Shown in pieces: positions 1 through 7,941 of a DNA stretch of 15,223 bases. The stretch covers positions 1 to 15,223 of the forward strand of contig JBKHVI010000059.1 of NCBI GenBank assembly GCA_046570105.1, in the 5' to 3' direction. Source of the DNA: Bacteriovoracia bacterium (GTDB taxonomy: Bacteria > Bdellovibrionota > Bacteriovoracia > Bacteriovoracales > Bacteriovoracaceae). The notes under the pieces were generated by a model. That model worked only from the letters and a program-made list of their open reading frames with translations, made no database searches and was not told the origin of the DNA. The position numbers and the translations under genes are program-made. Each line of letters begins with the position of its first letter. The stretch's first letter is position 1.

Positions 1-1
1 A

Positions 2-2020
2 CAACTCAAAGTGGATTATCAAAAATTTCAAGATGCCAATGTTCAGGAAGAAGTACCAAGCTTTCTAATCAATCTCAACGAACTGGCGACTGCTGGAAAA
101 TTGGATCCAGTTATTGGCCGCTCAAAAGAGATTCGTGCCGTCATGGAAATCTTAGGCCGTCGTTCAAAAAATAATCCCGTGTTAGTGGGCTCTGCCGGTG
201 TGGGTAAAACGGCTATTGTCGAAGGCCTTGCTGAACAAATTGTTAAAGGTGCTGTGCCGGATGTCCTTCGCGGTAAGACGGTTTATTCGCTTGAGATGGG
301 TTCTCTCATGGCGGGAACAAAATATCGTGGTGATTTTGAAGAGCGCATTCAGAATCTTTTGAAATTTATTAAATCACAAAATGGCCAAGCGATTTTGTTC
401 ATTGATGAGATTCACCAATTGATTGGCGCAGGTCGCACGGATGGCGCGATGGATGCCGCTAATCTTTTAAAGCCCGCATTGGCACGCGGCGAGCTCCACT
501 GCATTGGAGCTACCACTCAAGACGAGTATCAAAAATATATTCTCAAAGATCCTGCTCTCGAGCGTCGCTTTAGACCAGTGCCGGTCAATGAACCTTCTAA
601 AGAAGATGCGGTTGAAATTTTAATGGGAGTGCGTGGCAAGATGGAGGCGCACCATGGGATTAAAATCTCAGAGGATGCTATTTATGGAGCGGTCTTTCTA
701 TCGGATCAATACATCACTGATAAGTATCTTCCTGACAAAGCGATTGATTTGATTGATGAAGCCGCATCAAGCTTAAAACTCTCTGCTGAAGCGATGCCAG
801 CCAAATTAGTGGAACTTGAAGCAGAGTTGCGCTCAAAACGCGTGCTCTCGCAAATCGAGAAAGATAATAAAACACTCGCCAGCGATATTGAAAGTTTGCA
901 GAAACGTTTTAATGAAGACAAGGCCATCTGGGAAAAAGAAGTAGCGGCCTTAAAAAATGTTTCGGAAGTGAAGGCGCGTATTGATCGCTTAAAGTTTGAG
1001 CTTGAAACTGCTGAGAGAAAACAAAACTACGAAGAGGCTTCGAAAATTAAATATTCTTTGCTGCCAGAAATGGAAAAGCAATTGACGCAATTTCAGCACG
1101 ACTGGGTATTAAACCAAAAGCACGTCGCTAGTGTTATTGCTCGTCAGACGGGTATTCCAGTAGAAAAGATTTTGAAGTCTAAGCAGGAGCACATCTTAAA
1201 ACTCGAAGAGTTTTTAAAGAAGCGCGTTTTTGGACAACAAGAATCCCTCAAAGAAATTAGTGAATGCTTGATGGCTTCGCACGCCGGTTTGACGGCGGAG
1301 AATCGTCCGCTAGGCTCTTTCTTGTTACTGGGCCCAACGGGCGTAGGTAAAACCGAAACCGCTAAGGCGTTGGCGCAGTTTTTCTTTGAAAACGATGAAA
1401 GCATGGTGAGACTTGATATGTCGGAGTTTTCCGAAAAACATAGTGTCGCCAAGCTGATTGGAGCACCGGCCGGCTATATTGGATATGACGATGGGGGAGT
1501 ATTAACCGAAGCCATTCGTCGCAGACCTTATAGCGTTATCTTGTTTGATGAGATTGAAAAAGCGCATCCAGATTTTGCAGATATTCTGTTACAAATTCTG
1601 GACGATGGCCGCCTGACGGATAACAAAGGTCGCACCATTAGTTTTAAAAACTGCGTTTTGATGATGACATCGAATTCAAAACATCCTGAAGTTGATTTTA
1701 AGCCGGAAGTGCTTGGTCGGGTTGACGCCATTTTAAATTATCGCTCGCTAGATAATTCAATTATGCGTCAGCTTATCGATAAGCAACTGAAGCTATTAAA
1801 TGATCGTCTCAAAGCTAAAAAGCTGGATGTGAAACTCGACCTGACTGCTTATCAAACGCTGACTGAGCAGGGATACGATGCCACCTATGGGGCCCGCCCT
1901 CTCAATGCTGTGTTTAATAAGCTCGTGACGAGACCACTTTCACGTCTAATCTTAGAGGACAAGCTGCCGCAAGGAAGTATTCAACTGAAGTGGGACGGCG
2001 GCCAGATGGCAGCGTTTTAA
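2..2020 (+). CDS. clpB: ClpB-type Hsp100 AAA+ chaperone/disaggregase, probably 5'-partial (frame is open to the window edge; ORF track starts at GTG 11)
   Basis: NBD1: [15 protein letters not shown], Walker A GSAGVGKT, pore loop KYRGDFEER, Walker [30 protein letters not shown] long coiled-coil M-domain follows ([21 protein letters not shown]). NBD2: [33 protein letters not shown]. There is no IGF/L ClpP-docking loop. The N-terminal Clp-repeat domain is not in the window. Confidence 0.88.
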   Translation, partial: QLKVDYQKFQDANVQEEVPSFLINLNELATAGKLDPVIGRSKEIRAVMEILGRRSKNNPVLVGSAGVGKTAIVEGLAEQIVKGAVPDVLRGKTVYSLEMGSLMAGTKYRGDFEERIQNLLKFIKSQNGQAILFIDEIHQLIGAGRTDGAMDAANLLKPALARGELHCIGATTQDEYQKYILKDPALERRFRPVPVNEPSKEDAVEILMGVRGKMEAHHGIKISEDAIYGAVFLSDQYITDKYLPDKAIDLIDEAASSLKLSAEAMPAKLVELEAELRSKRVLSQIEKDNKTLASDIESLQKRFNEDKAIWEKEVAALKNVSEVKARIDRLKFELETAERKQNYEEASKIKYSLLPEMEKQLTQFQHDWVLNQKHVASVIARQTGIPVEKILKSKQEHILKLEEFLKKRVFGQQESLKEISECLMASHAGLTAENRPLGSFLLLGPTGVGKTETAKALAQFFFENDESMVRLDMSEFSEKHSVAKLIGAPAGYIGYDDGGVLTEAIRRRPYSVILFDEIEKAHPDFADILLQILDDGRLTDNKGRTISFKNCVLMMTSNSKHPEVDFKPEVLGRVDAILNYRSLDNSIMRQLIDKQLKLLNDRLKAKKLDVKLDLTAYQTLTEQGYDATYGARPLNAVFNKLVTRPLSRLILEDKLPQGSIQLKWDGGQMAAF

Positions 2021-2042
2021 ACGCGACGATTAACTTGAACTT

Positions 2043-2051
2043 TGCCAAAAT
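2043..2051 (+). promoter_or_regulatory. Putative extended -10 sigma70 element (TGcCAAAAT) 6 nt upstream of ATG 2058; candidate leaderless transcript
   Basis: TG-C-CAAAAT-AGCCCC-ATG, with no Shine-Dalgarno in the 37-bp intergenic gap. The -35 match is weak. Confidence 0.4.
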
Positions 2052-2057
2052 AGCCCC

Positions 2058-3056
2058 ATGAGATGGATTTTTCTTTTGGGGTTATTTATGGCCTGTACCA
2101 CAGTGAAGTATGCGACTTCTGAGCATTACGATGGATCACATTTTTTTAATCCATGGGGCGTGAATAACAAGAAGTCTTTTTGGGATGTGCTCAAGTGGAA
2201 GTTCACGACATCAGCTGAAAAATGGCCAACTGAAGTTAAAAATCCAAAGCCACAAATTTTACCTAAACCGACGAGCGGCTTTAATATCACCTGGGTCAAT
2301 CATTCAACCTTTCTCATACAAACTCCGCATCTCAATATTCTAACTGATCCGGTTTGGTCAGAGCGTACCAGTCCTTTTAGTTTTGCAGGTCCCAAACGTA
2401 TTCGCCCGGCCGGAATAGCTTGGGAGGAGTTACCTAAGATCGATGTCGTAGTGGTTTCACATAATCACTATGATCATTTAGATGTGGCCTCGCTGGTAAA
2501 TTTGGAAAAGCGTGATCAACCGCATTTTTATGTCGCCCTTGGGGATAAAAACTGGCTCAGCAAAAAAGGTCTCACACACATCACCGAATTGGATTGGTGG
2601 CAAGTGATTGAGCTTCCTCATTACAGAGTAACCTTTCTACCAGCTCAGCACTGGTCAGCACGCAGTCTGTGGGACAAGAATGAAAGTCTGTGGGGCGCTT
2701 GGGGAATTGAGGTGGAAGGTAAAAAAATCTATCACGCTGGGGATACCGGACTTGGTCCACATTTTAAAGAGACTCGAGAGCGTTGGGGAGCACCTGATTT
2801 AGCGCTTCTTCCGATTGGCGCCTATAATCCTCGCTGGTTTATGAAAGACATGCATATGAATCCTGAGGACGCGGTGGAGGCCTTCAAGCAGCTGGAGGCG
2901 CGCGAAGCCTTTGGAATGCACTTTGGTACGTTTCAATTGACGGACGAGCAATGGGATCAGCCAGAAAAGGATTTGCGCAAAGTCTTAGAAAATGAGGTTG
3001 AGGTCGTGGGAAAATTTCATATTCCCATTATTGGAATGAGTCGCCCTTATCCTTAA
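2058..3056 (+). CDS. MBL-fold metallo-hydrolase, NAPE-PLD/RomA-like, predicted lipoprotein
   Basis: Motifs TWVNHSTFLIQ, LTDPVWSERTSP, the HxHxDH site SHNHYDHLD, PAQHWSAR, YHAGDTG, LPIGAYNPRW, HMNPEDAV and MHFGTFQL. The N-terminus MRWIFLLGLFMAC is lipobox-like with Cys13. Confidence 0.9.
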   Translation: MRWIFLLGLFMACTTVKYATSEHYDGSHFFNPWGVNNKKSFWDVLKWKFTTSAEKWPTEVKNPKPQILPKPTSGFNITWVNHSTFLIQTPHLNILTDPVWSERTSPFSFAGPKRIRPAGIAWEELPKIDVVVVSHNHYDHLDVASLVNLEKRDQPHFYVALGDKNWLSKKGLTHITELDWWQVIELPHYRVTFLPAQHWSARSLWDKNESLWGAWGIEVEGKKIYHAGDTGLGPHFKETRERWGAPDLALLPIGAYNPRWFMKDMHMNPEDAVEAFKQLEAREAFGMHFGTFQLTDEQWDQPEKDLRKVLENEVEVVGKFHIPIIGMSRPYP

Positions 3057-3970
3057 TATGCTTCGACCGTAAATGTCAGTGTATCTTGGTAGTCGCCATC
3101 ATCAAGAGTGGCAAAGGTCCCTAGACGCACACGAATGCGGTAACTGCGACCAGACTGTGAAGTGCCACTATATTCTTGTCCGAGCCAATGAGAGTTATTC
3201 GGTGGAGTAAACCAGCTGCCATTGGCCAAGCGAATCTGATAAGGCACCGCTGTGGTGTGTGGGGTTTTTCTGAGTTGTCCTCCATTGGCCGAAGTCACTC
3301 GCATTCCATAGGGAACATTCGCCTTGATTCGTAGATCTGCACGCAATTCTTGATTGGGTTGCATCTGACCAAAGTCCATGATGTAAACGGTAGATTGTGG
3401 ATCATGCGGAGAGTTTTCCGGCACGATACTCAGTTCAGCATAGCGAGGAACAGTGAAGGCGAGAGTCATCCAGCGTGACGCTTGATAATCAATATCACCA
3501 TTTGCTCTGACAGCATAAACATTCACCGGAAGAGTATCAGTGTAGACACCTGGTGGCACATTAAAGAGGGTGTTTTTAGATTTCACTTCAACGTAAAATG
3601 TACTTTGGTAGTTCACGTTTTTGCTAGGTGCATAGCCGGTAATGTATTCATTGGCCGAGGCATCACCAAAATCTTTCAGCACATTTCCCAGACTCACCGT
3701 GCGGTAGAGATTATAAGTCATAGAGTTGCCGCCGCTATAAGCGCGACGCTGATAGGAGTTGGCCTGGCCTTTGGCAAAATAGAGACGATAATTTTCGCAA
3801 GGAGTTTCAGGTGAGTTTTGTGGGCGAAGTAAACTGAGTGAGTGCGGGAGTACTTGGGCCACATCTTGCACTGAGGTCGTAAAATTCCCTAGACTCAAAT
3901 CGTATTCACAGTTTTGTGCTTGGGCCTTAAGGCCAAGTAGCAAAGTTGTGATAGCAAAAAATATTTTCAT
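3053..3970 (-). CDS. Two-domain tip adhesin/minor pilin of a non-classical chaperone-usher pilus (spore-coat-U/CsuE-like)
   Basis: Signal peptide ends AQA. Domain 1 has Cys21/Cys58, YNLY and PGVYTDTL. Domain 2 resembles the major pilin (YGMRVTSANGGQL...GDYQDTLTFTV vs YQVSVSSANQGKL...GDYSDTVTFTI). It is the last gene after the usher, with an ATGA overlap and a GAGGAGG RBS. Confidence 0.8.
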   Translation of the reverse strand: MKIFFAITTLLLGLKAQAQNCEYDLSLGNFTTSVQDVAQVLPHSLSLLRPQNSPETPCENYRLYFAKGQANSYQRRAYSGGNSMTYNLYRTVSLGNVLKDFGDASANEYITGYAPSKNVNYQSTFYVEVKSKNTLFNVPPGVYTDTLPVNVYAVRANGDIDYQASRWMTLAFTVPRYAELSIVPENSPHDPQSTVYIMDFGQMQPNQELRADLRIKANVPYGMRVTSANGGQLRKTPHTTAVPYQIRLANGSWFTPPNNSHWLGQEYSGTSQSGRSYRIRVRLGTFATLDDGDYQDTLTFTVEAY

Positions 3971-6360
3971 TCTTCCTCCTCAACTCGAACAGCACCTAAT
4001 TGGCGAAGTCCGCGTGAGCGTTGGTCTAGTTTGATATCAAGCGTTTTGAAACCTTCGAGATTTAACTGATAATTACCGGGATTGAGTCCTTCGATGTAGA
4101 ACTGGCCTTCTTGTGAAGTAAAGAATGGTTTTCCGCCAATATCTCCCACTCGAAGTCCTAGCGCTCTTCCTTTGGTGTCGACTAATGTACCGCTCAGTAT
4201 CACTGAGCCTTTGTCTTCAAGTGCGATCAAGTGGGCACTTCGATAAGTAGGATAAACAATAAACTTCTCTTGTACTAAACTGGTGCCCATCTCAAGACCC
4301 GATGGATCGAGTTGAATCTCGCGATACTGATAGGGAAGAAGATTGGTGAAAGTAATCTCTCCCAATGGACCTGATTCCCCTTCCGTGAAAGGAGAAGTGG
4401 AGCGGAGTGCGACTTTCTGACCTTTGAGTTCATCATTAGGCTTAAAAAGCACAAAACTATTTGGTACAGGTCGTGAGAGACCTAAACCGAAATCACCGTC
4501 TTGATAAGCAAAGACAATCGCCTGAGACATACGAGCAATACCGCGTGCTTCAGTATTTCCACTGTTTTCAAATTTAGCCGCTTGCACGCGCGCGCCAAGA
4601 TCGGCGACAGGTGTGGGAACAAAAGCATCGATCTCACCACCATCACGCGAGGGACCTTCTTCAGCGGTAGCGGTCAGGCGAGGAGAGTAGAGACGGTTGC
4701 CGTTGTCTCTGACAGCGGTTAGGCGATTGAGATTATTTTCGGCATCATGAAAGCCCGTGATGAAGTGACTGGCGCTATCAAATGTCCAAGTAAAGAAAGC
4801 ATAGGCCACGTCGTTCCAGCGTTTAAATTCATCACGATTGCGGGCCATGAAAAAACTAATATTCAAATTTCGCCATGCCCTGAGATTAAGGGTTGCGTCC
4901 CAGCCGCGTCGATCATCGAGAGTTTCATCGCGCACTTGACCCAGGCTTGCACCCAGCGAGAGCGTCATCAGCTCTTGAATGGGAATAGTAAAATTACCAG
5001 CGCTCTGTGCTGCCAGATTTCCCTGCATTCCATCGTTCACACTAGTGAAGCCTTTCTCGAAGCGCTCATGACGAAGTGTGAGAGTATAAGAAGAAAATAA
5101 TCGAGAGCCTAAGCTTTGCAATTGCCAAGTCAGAGAACCGGCACCTGCGCTCACATCATTATCACGTGATTGAGCTCCACCTAAAAATAAATTTCCCCAA
5201 TTTGTCGCTAAACCAAGTTCGATCCCGCCGAGAGAGAAATCATCTTGTCTTTGGGCATAACTGCCTGCTGAAAAGGCGCGCGTGACACCATATTGCAAAT
5301 AACCGCTGGTGATTTCATCATCGGTGTAAGTACGACGAAAAGTCATGTCTTGAAAAGGCCTGCCATGAGAGAGCGAGAAGTTCCATTCTTTATGACGAAG
5401 CAGTCCCACAGAAGTGGGGAGACGAAAATCATAGATGCGTTTCTCACCCAGCTCATCCGTTGTCTCAACGAGCACAGTGTTAAGACCATTGATTAAAGGC
5501 ACATCACGCAGATCATAGTTACCGGCCGGCAGCCATTCATCACGAATGAGAATACCATTCACAAAAGTGCGCACCTGAGAGCGCGTTCTCAGTGTGAATT
5601 GGCCCTGGCCCTGAGGAAAAGGCACTTGATAAGGGTCGAGGGTAAAGTTTCGAGCGACATGTACGCCACCAATGGGGCGAGCGGGCATAAAACCAAAACT
5701 GCTGGGGTAAACATCACCCGCTTCAGCGCGCACTCGGTTTTTTTGAAAGTCTTTGACTAGTCGAGTGTCGCCGCGAAACCAGCCTTGTCCTTGAGCATCG
5801 TCGGTGTAGTTCATCTGGCCTTCGAGAACGACGCCTCCGATATTTACAAAACTTTCAAAATAACTTGAGAAGGCCTCGCCTCCCAAAAGATCGGACCCCC
5901 AGGATTTTTCGACACGATAATTAATTGCGCCACCTAGAGGAGCAGGTTTTCTGGCCTCATCACCATAGAAAGCGTCGAAGTCTTCACCGACTTCTAGTTT
6001 TTTAAAACGAGAAAGCTCAGTGGGAACATCGAGCACAAGCACAGCATTTTGTGGGTCATATTTAAGTTTAAAATTTAAATCTTGGGGATTGAGCCAGCCC
6101 GATTTCTTTTCAACTTCGCTCCAAAGACTTTTCTGGACTTGAGCTTTTAATACGATTAACAAAGTTTTTTGTTCGATACTTTCTAGCTTTTCACCTTTGA
6201 GACGAGCTCGAATCTCTCCAATCCGCTGAGATCCCATCATGACAGGAATAGGAGCTTCGTAAACTTGTTCAGCAAAATTAGCTTCTGTGACAGGAATAAT
6301 TTCCTGCGCCCAACTTAAATTGGTAAGTGAGAGAGTGAGGAGAAGAAAAAGTTTATTCAA
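3967..6360 (-). CDS. Outer-membrane fimbrial usher (CsuD/PapC-like)
   Basis: 797 aa with a signal peptide and usher-type motifs FRGDTRLVKD, AGDVYP, GGVHVARNF, the plug region FVNG...LPAGNYDLRDVPLINGLNTV...DELGE, GYLQYGVTRAFSAG and C-terminal NLLPYQYREIQLDP and FFTSQEGQFYIEGLNPGNY. The TTG start overlaps the chaperone stop by 8 bp. Confidence 0.9.
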   Translation of the reverse strand: MNKLFLLLTLSLTNLSWAQEIIPVTEANFAEQVYEAPIPVMMGSQRIGEIRARLKGEKLESIEQKTLLIVLKAQVQKSLWSEVEKKSGWLNPQDLNFKLKYDPQNAVLVLDVPTELSRFKKLEVGEDFDAFYGDEARKPAPLGGAINYRVEKSWGSDLLGGEAFSSYFESFVNIGGVVLEGQMNYTDDAQGQGWFRGDTRLVKDFQKNRVRAEAGDVYPSSFGFMPARPIGGVHVARNFTLDPYQVPFPQGQGQFTLRTRSQVRTFVNGILIRDEWLPAGNYDLRDVPLINGLNTVLVETTDELGEKRIYDFRLPTSVGLLRHKEWNFSLSHGRPFQDMTFRRTYTDDEITSGYLQYGVTRAFSAGSYAQRQDDFSLGGIELGLATNWGNLFLGGAQSRDNDVSAGAGSLTWQLQSLGSRLFSSYTLTLRHERFEKGFTSVNDGMQGNLAAQSAGNFTIPIQELMTLSLGASLGQVRDETLDDRRGWDATLNLRAWRNLNISFFMARNRDEFKRWNDVAYAFFTWTFDSASHFITGFHDAENNLNRLTAVRDNGNRLYSPRLTATAEEGPSRDGGEIDAFVPTPVADLGARVQAAKFENSGNTEARGIARMSQAIVFAYQDGDFGLGLSRPVPNSFVLFKPNDELKGQKVALRSTSPFTEGESGPLGEITFTNLLPYQYREIQLDPSGLEMGTSLVQEKFIVYPTYRSAHLIALEDKGSVILSGTLVDTKGRALGLRVGDIGGKPFFTSQEGQFYIEGLNPGNYQLNLEGFKTLDIKLDQRSRGLRQLGAVRVEEEE

Positions 6361-7036
6361 CTTTTAATTTTCCTTTAAGCTCTGCGCCTTTTAATTCTGG
6401 GTGTGCGGCAATGGTGAAGACACGCTTAGAACCTGCCAGCACGTTTTCGCCGGCTAAACCTTTGAGTGCTTCGCCATTGAGATTGATGGTCTTTTTTCCG
6501 GCGGTCACACTCAAGGTGGGATTCAACAACAAGCGATGTTGCGAGCCTTTGTTTTCGATATGAACCTTAAGGCCATCTTTTGATTCTTCAATAACTCCTA
6601 ACACCAAACTCGCTTCGGTTTCACCCGGATTTACATAGAGAGCGGCCTTGTAGCGCATCAGCATTTTGATGCCACTGCCTTTTTGTTTCTTGCCATCGAC
6701 TTTAAGTGGCAACTGTTCGGCGACTACACGAAAAGCTTTTTCGAGATTGGGTTTTTCTCCCGTCCATTGAACGCGAATGGTGCGCTTTTCTTTAGGAGGC
6801 AAAATAAGTTGCGGGGGAAAAGCCACTAGCTCACTGGTTTTAGCGTTGTCTTCTTGGCCATCAGTTTTTTGCTTTCGATCCGTCACACTGATCACAACGG
6901 CCATCGGCTCATTGGTGGGATTATCTAATAAAAACTGGGCTTCTTTTTGTCCCTGCGAAAGTTCGATGGTCTGAGACATCGGAGTGAATGAGAAACTTAC
7001 GAGTAGGGGAAGAAAAAAATAAATGAAACGCGTCAT
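6353..7036 (-). CDS. Periplasmic pilus assembly chaperone (CsuC/EcpB/PapD superfamily)
   Basis: FPPQLILPPKEKRTIRVQWTG, EKAFRVVAEQLP, a G1 donor-like strand IKMLMRYKAALYV, and domain-2 motifs IENKGSQH and NVLAGSKRVF. RBS AAAGGAG. Lies between the pilin and the usher. Confidence 0.9.
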   Translation of the reverse strand: MTRFIYFFLPLLVSFSFTPMSQTIELSQGQKEAQFLLDNPTNEPMAVVISVTDRKQKTDGQEDNAKTSELVAFPPQLILPPKEKRTIRVQWTGEKPNLEKAFRVVAEQLPLKVDGKKQKGSGIKMLMRYKAALYVNPGETEASLVLGVIEESKDGLKVHIENKGSQHRLLLNPTLSVTAGKKTINLNGEALKGLAGENVLAGSKRVFTIAAHPELKGAELKGKLKVE

Positions 7037-7062
7037 CCTGACACTCCTTTAAAGTCTTCTTA

Positions 7063-7091
7063 ATAATAGCAAAGAGATCTCTAAGGGTGAA
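7063..7091 (-). promoter_or_regulatory. Putative sigma70 promoter for chaperone-usher-adhesin
   Basis: Minus strand reads TTCACC(7091-7086)-N17-TATTAT(7068-7063) with an extended TGc immediately before the -10, then AAAGGAG and ATG 7036. Confidence 0.5.
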
Positions 7092-7302
7092 TCACCGTGA
7101 TGAGAGTAATGCCATTTTTATCTACTCTCTCGATGGTGGGTGTGGCCTGAGTGGAGGGGTGATTGGAGTGCGTGACGAGAGTGCCGTCTGAATTGATATG
7201 AATGCGGTAGATGCTAGGGACATGCGCTCGTAAACTCAGGGTGGCCGCTTCGTGGGCGAGGGCGCTGAGAGAGAATAGAAGCGTAGCGAGCCACAGTTTC
7301 AT
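7081..7302 (-). CDS. Small secreted pilin-like protein ('mini-pilin', about 57 aa mature)
   Basis: Signal peptide MKLWLATLLFSLSALA. The mature N-terminus HEAATLSLRAHVPSIYRIHIN aligns without gaps to the major pilin ATTGTLLLRGTVPRLLEITVN (8/21 identical). It is co-oriented inside the pilus cluster. Confidence 0.75.
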   Translation of the reverse strand: MKLWLATLLFSLSALAHEAATLSLRAHVPSIYRIHINSDGTLVTHSNHPSTQATPTIERVDKNGITLITVIHP

Positions 7303-7309
7303 AGTAAAC

Positions 7310-7337
7310 GTGTCGGCTATCGAGAGAGATTACTTGA
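7310..7337 (-). promoter_or_regulatory. Putative sigma28 (FliA)-type promoter for the mini-pilin
   Basis: Minus strand reads TCAAG(7337-7333)-N15-GCCGACAC(7317-7310), then 7 nt and ATG 7302. It resembles TAAA/TCAAG...GCCGATAA with a spacer about 1 nt longer than canonical. Confidence 0.45.
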
Positions 7338-7358
7338 GCGATATGACTAAGTACTCAT

Positions 7359-7388
7359 AAAAAAAGGGCCCCCAGTGGAGGCCCTTTC
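7359..7388 (-). terminator. Rho-independent terminator after the major pilin gene
   Basis: Minus strand GAAAGGGCCTCCACTGGGGGCCCTTTTTTT is a GC-rich stem-loop followed by T7, starting 13 nt after the pilin stop. Confidence 0.85.
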
Positions 7389-7401
7389 GGGGATTTCAAT
7401 T

Positions 7402-7869
7402 CTAGTTAGCAGCGATCGTGAAAGTCACTGTGTCTGAGTAGTCGCCTTCGATCAACAAGTCATGAGCGATACCCGTGTATGAGATATCAACGTTACGGTT
7501 GTTGTTGTTGGCACCAGCTCCGGCGTAAGTGAATGTCTGGCCAGTCGCCAAGTTAACAGCGTTACCGTTGTAGCGAAGAGAGTAGTTCAAAACGCTTGTA
7601 CCGACTGATTCATGAACAAGCTTGCCTTGGTTCGCTGATGAAACACTGACTTGGTAACCAGTGTTTGAGTTAGCTTTTTCATTCACAACGGCCACCAATG
7701 TATTGGCCTGAGTAGTATCAAGTGGAAGAGTTGAAGCGATCGCCTGTGGGTTTACAGTGATTTCAAGAAGACGAGGAACCGTACCTCTTAAAAGTAACGT
7801 ACCCGTGGTGGCCGCAAAGGCACTTGAAAGTGTGAGAGCTGCAATTGCGATGGTGAATAGCTTCTTCAT
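7402..7869 (-). CDS. Major pilin subunit of a non-classical chaperone-usher pilus (spore-coat-U/Csu-like fold, cysteine-free)
   Basis: Signal peptide ends AFA. Alternating hydrophobic N-terminal donor strand TLLLRGTVP, LNYSLRY, and C-terminal GDYSDTVTFTI (G-x-Y-x-D-T strand). It is the first gene of the cluster and has its own terminator. Confidence 0.85.
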   Translation of the reverse strand: MKKLFTIAIAALTLSSAFAATTGTLLLRGTVPRLLEITVNPQAIASTLPLDTTQANTLVAVVNEKANSNTGYQVSVSSANQGKLVHESVGTSVLNYSLRYNGNAVNLATGQTFTYAGAGANNNNRNVDISYTGIAHDLLIEGDYSDTVTFTIAAN

Positions 7870-7924
7870 TTATAATCCCTTGAACACTGGGCCTTGGGGG
7901 CCCCGTTATTGTTACCCATTACTC

Positions 7925-7941
7925 TTCAAATATTGTGCCAG
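7925..7941 (-). promoter_or_regulatory. Putative sigma54 (-24/-12) promoter of the major pilin
   Basis: Minus strand CTGGCACAATATTTGAA is TGGCAC-N5-TTGA, with the GG-N10 spacing exact and GA in place of GC. The predicted start is near 7914, about 45 nt before ATG 7869. Confidence 0.65.

Noticed and set aside
706..1731. Antisense ORFs inside clpB (706-927, 1144-1452, 1528-1731)
   Set aside because: They are shadow frames of a strongly conserved gene and have no recognisable motifs.
3482..6974. Plus-strand ORFs opposite the adhesin, usher and chaperone
   Set aside because: They are fully nested antisense frames with no recognisable protein features.
7498..7510. (GTT)4 microsatellite in the pilin gene as a phase-variation tract
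   Set aside because: It is a short in-frame triplet run encoding NNNN; slippage would not shift the frame.
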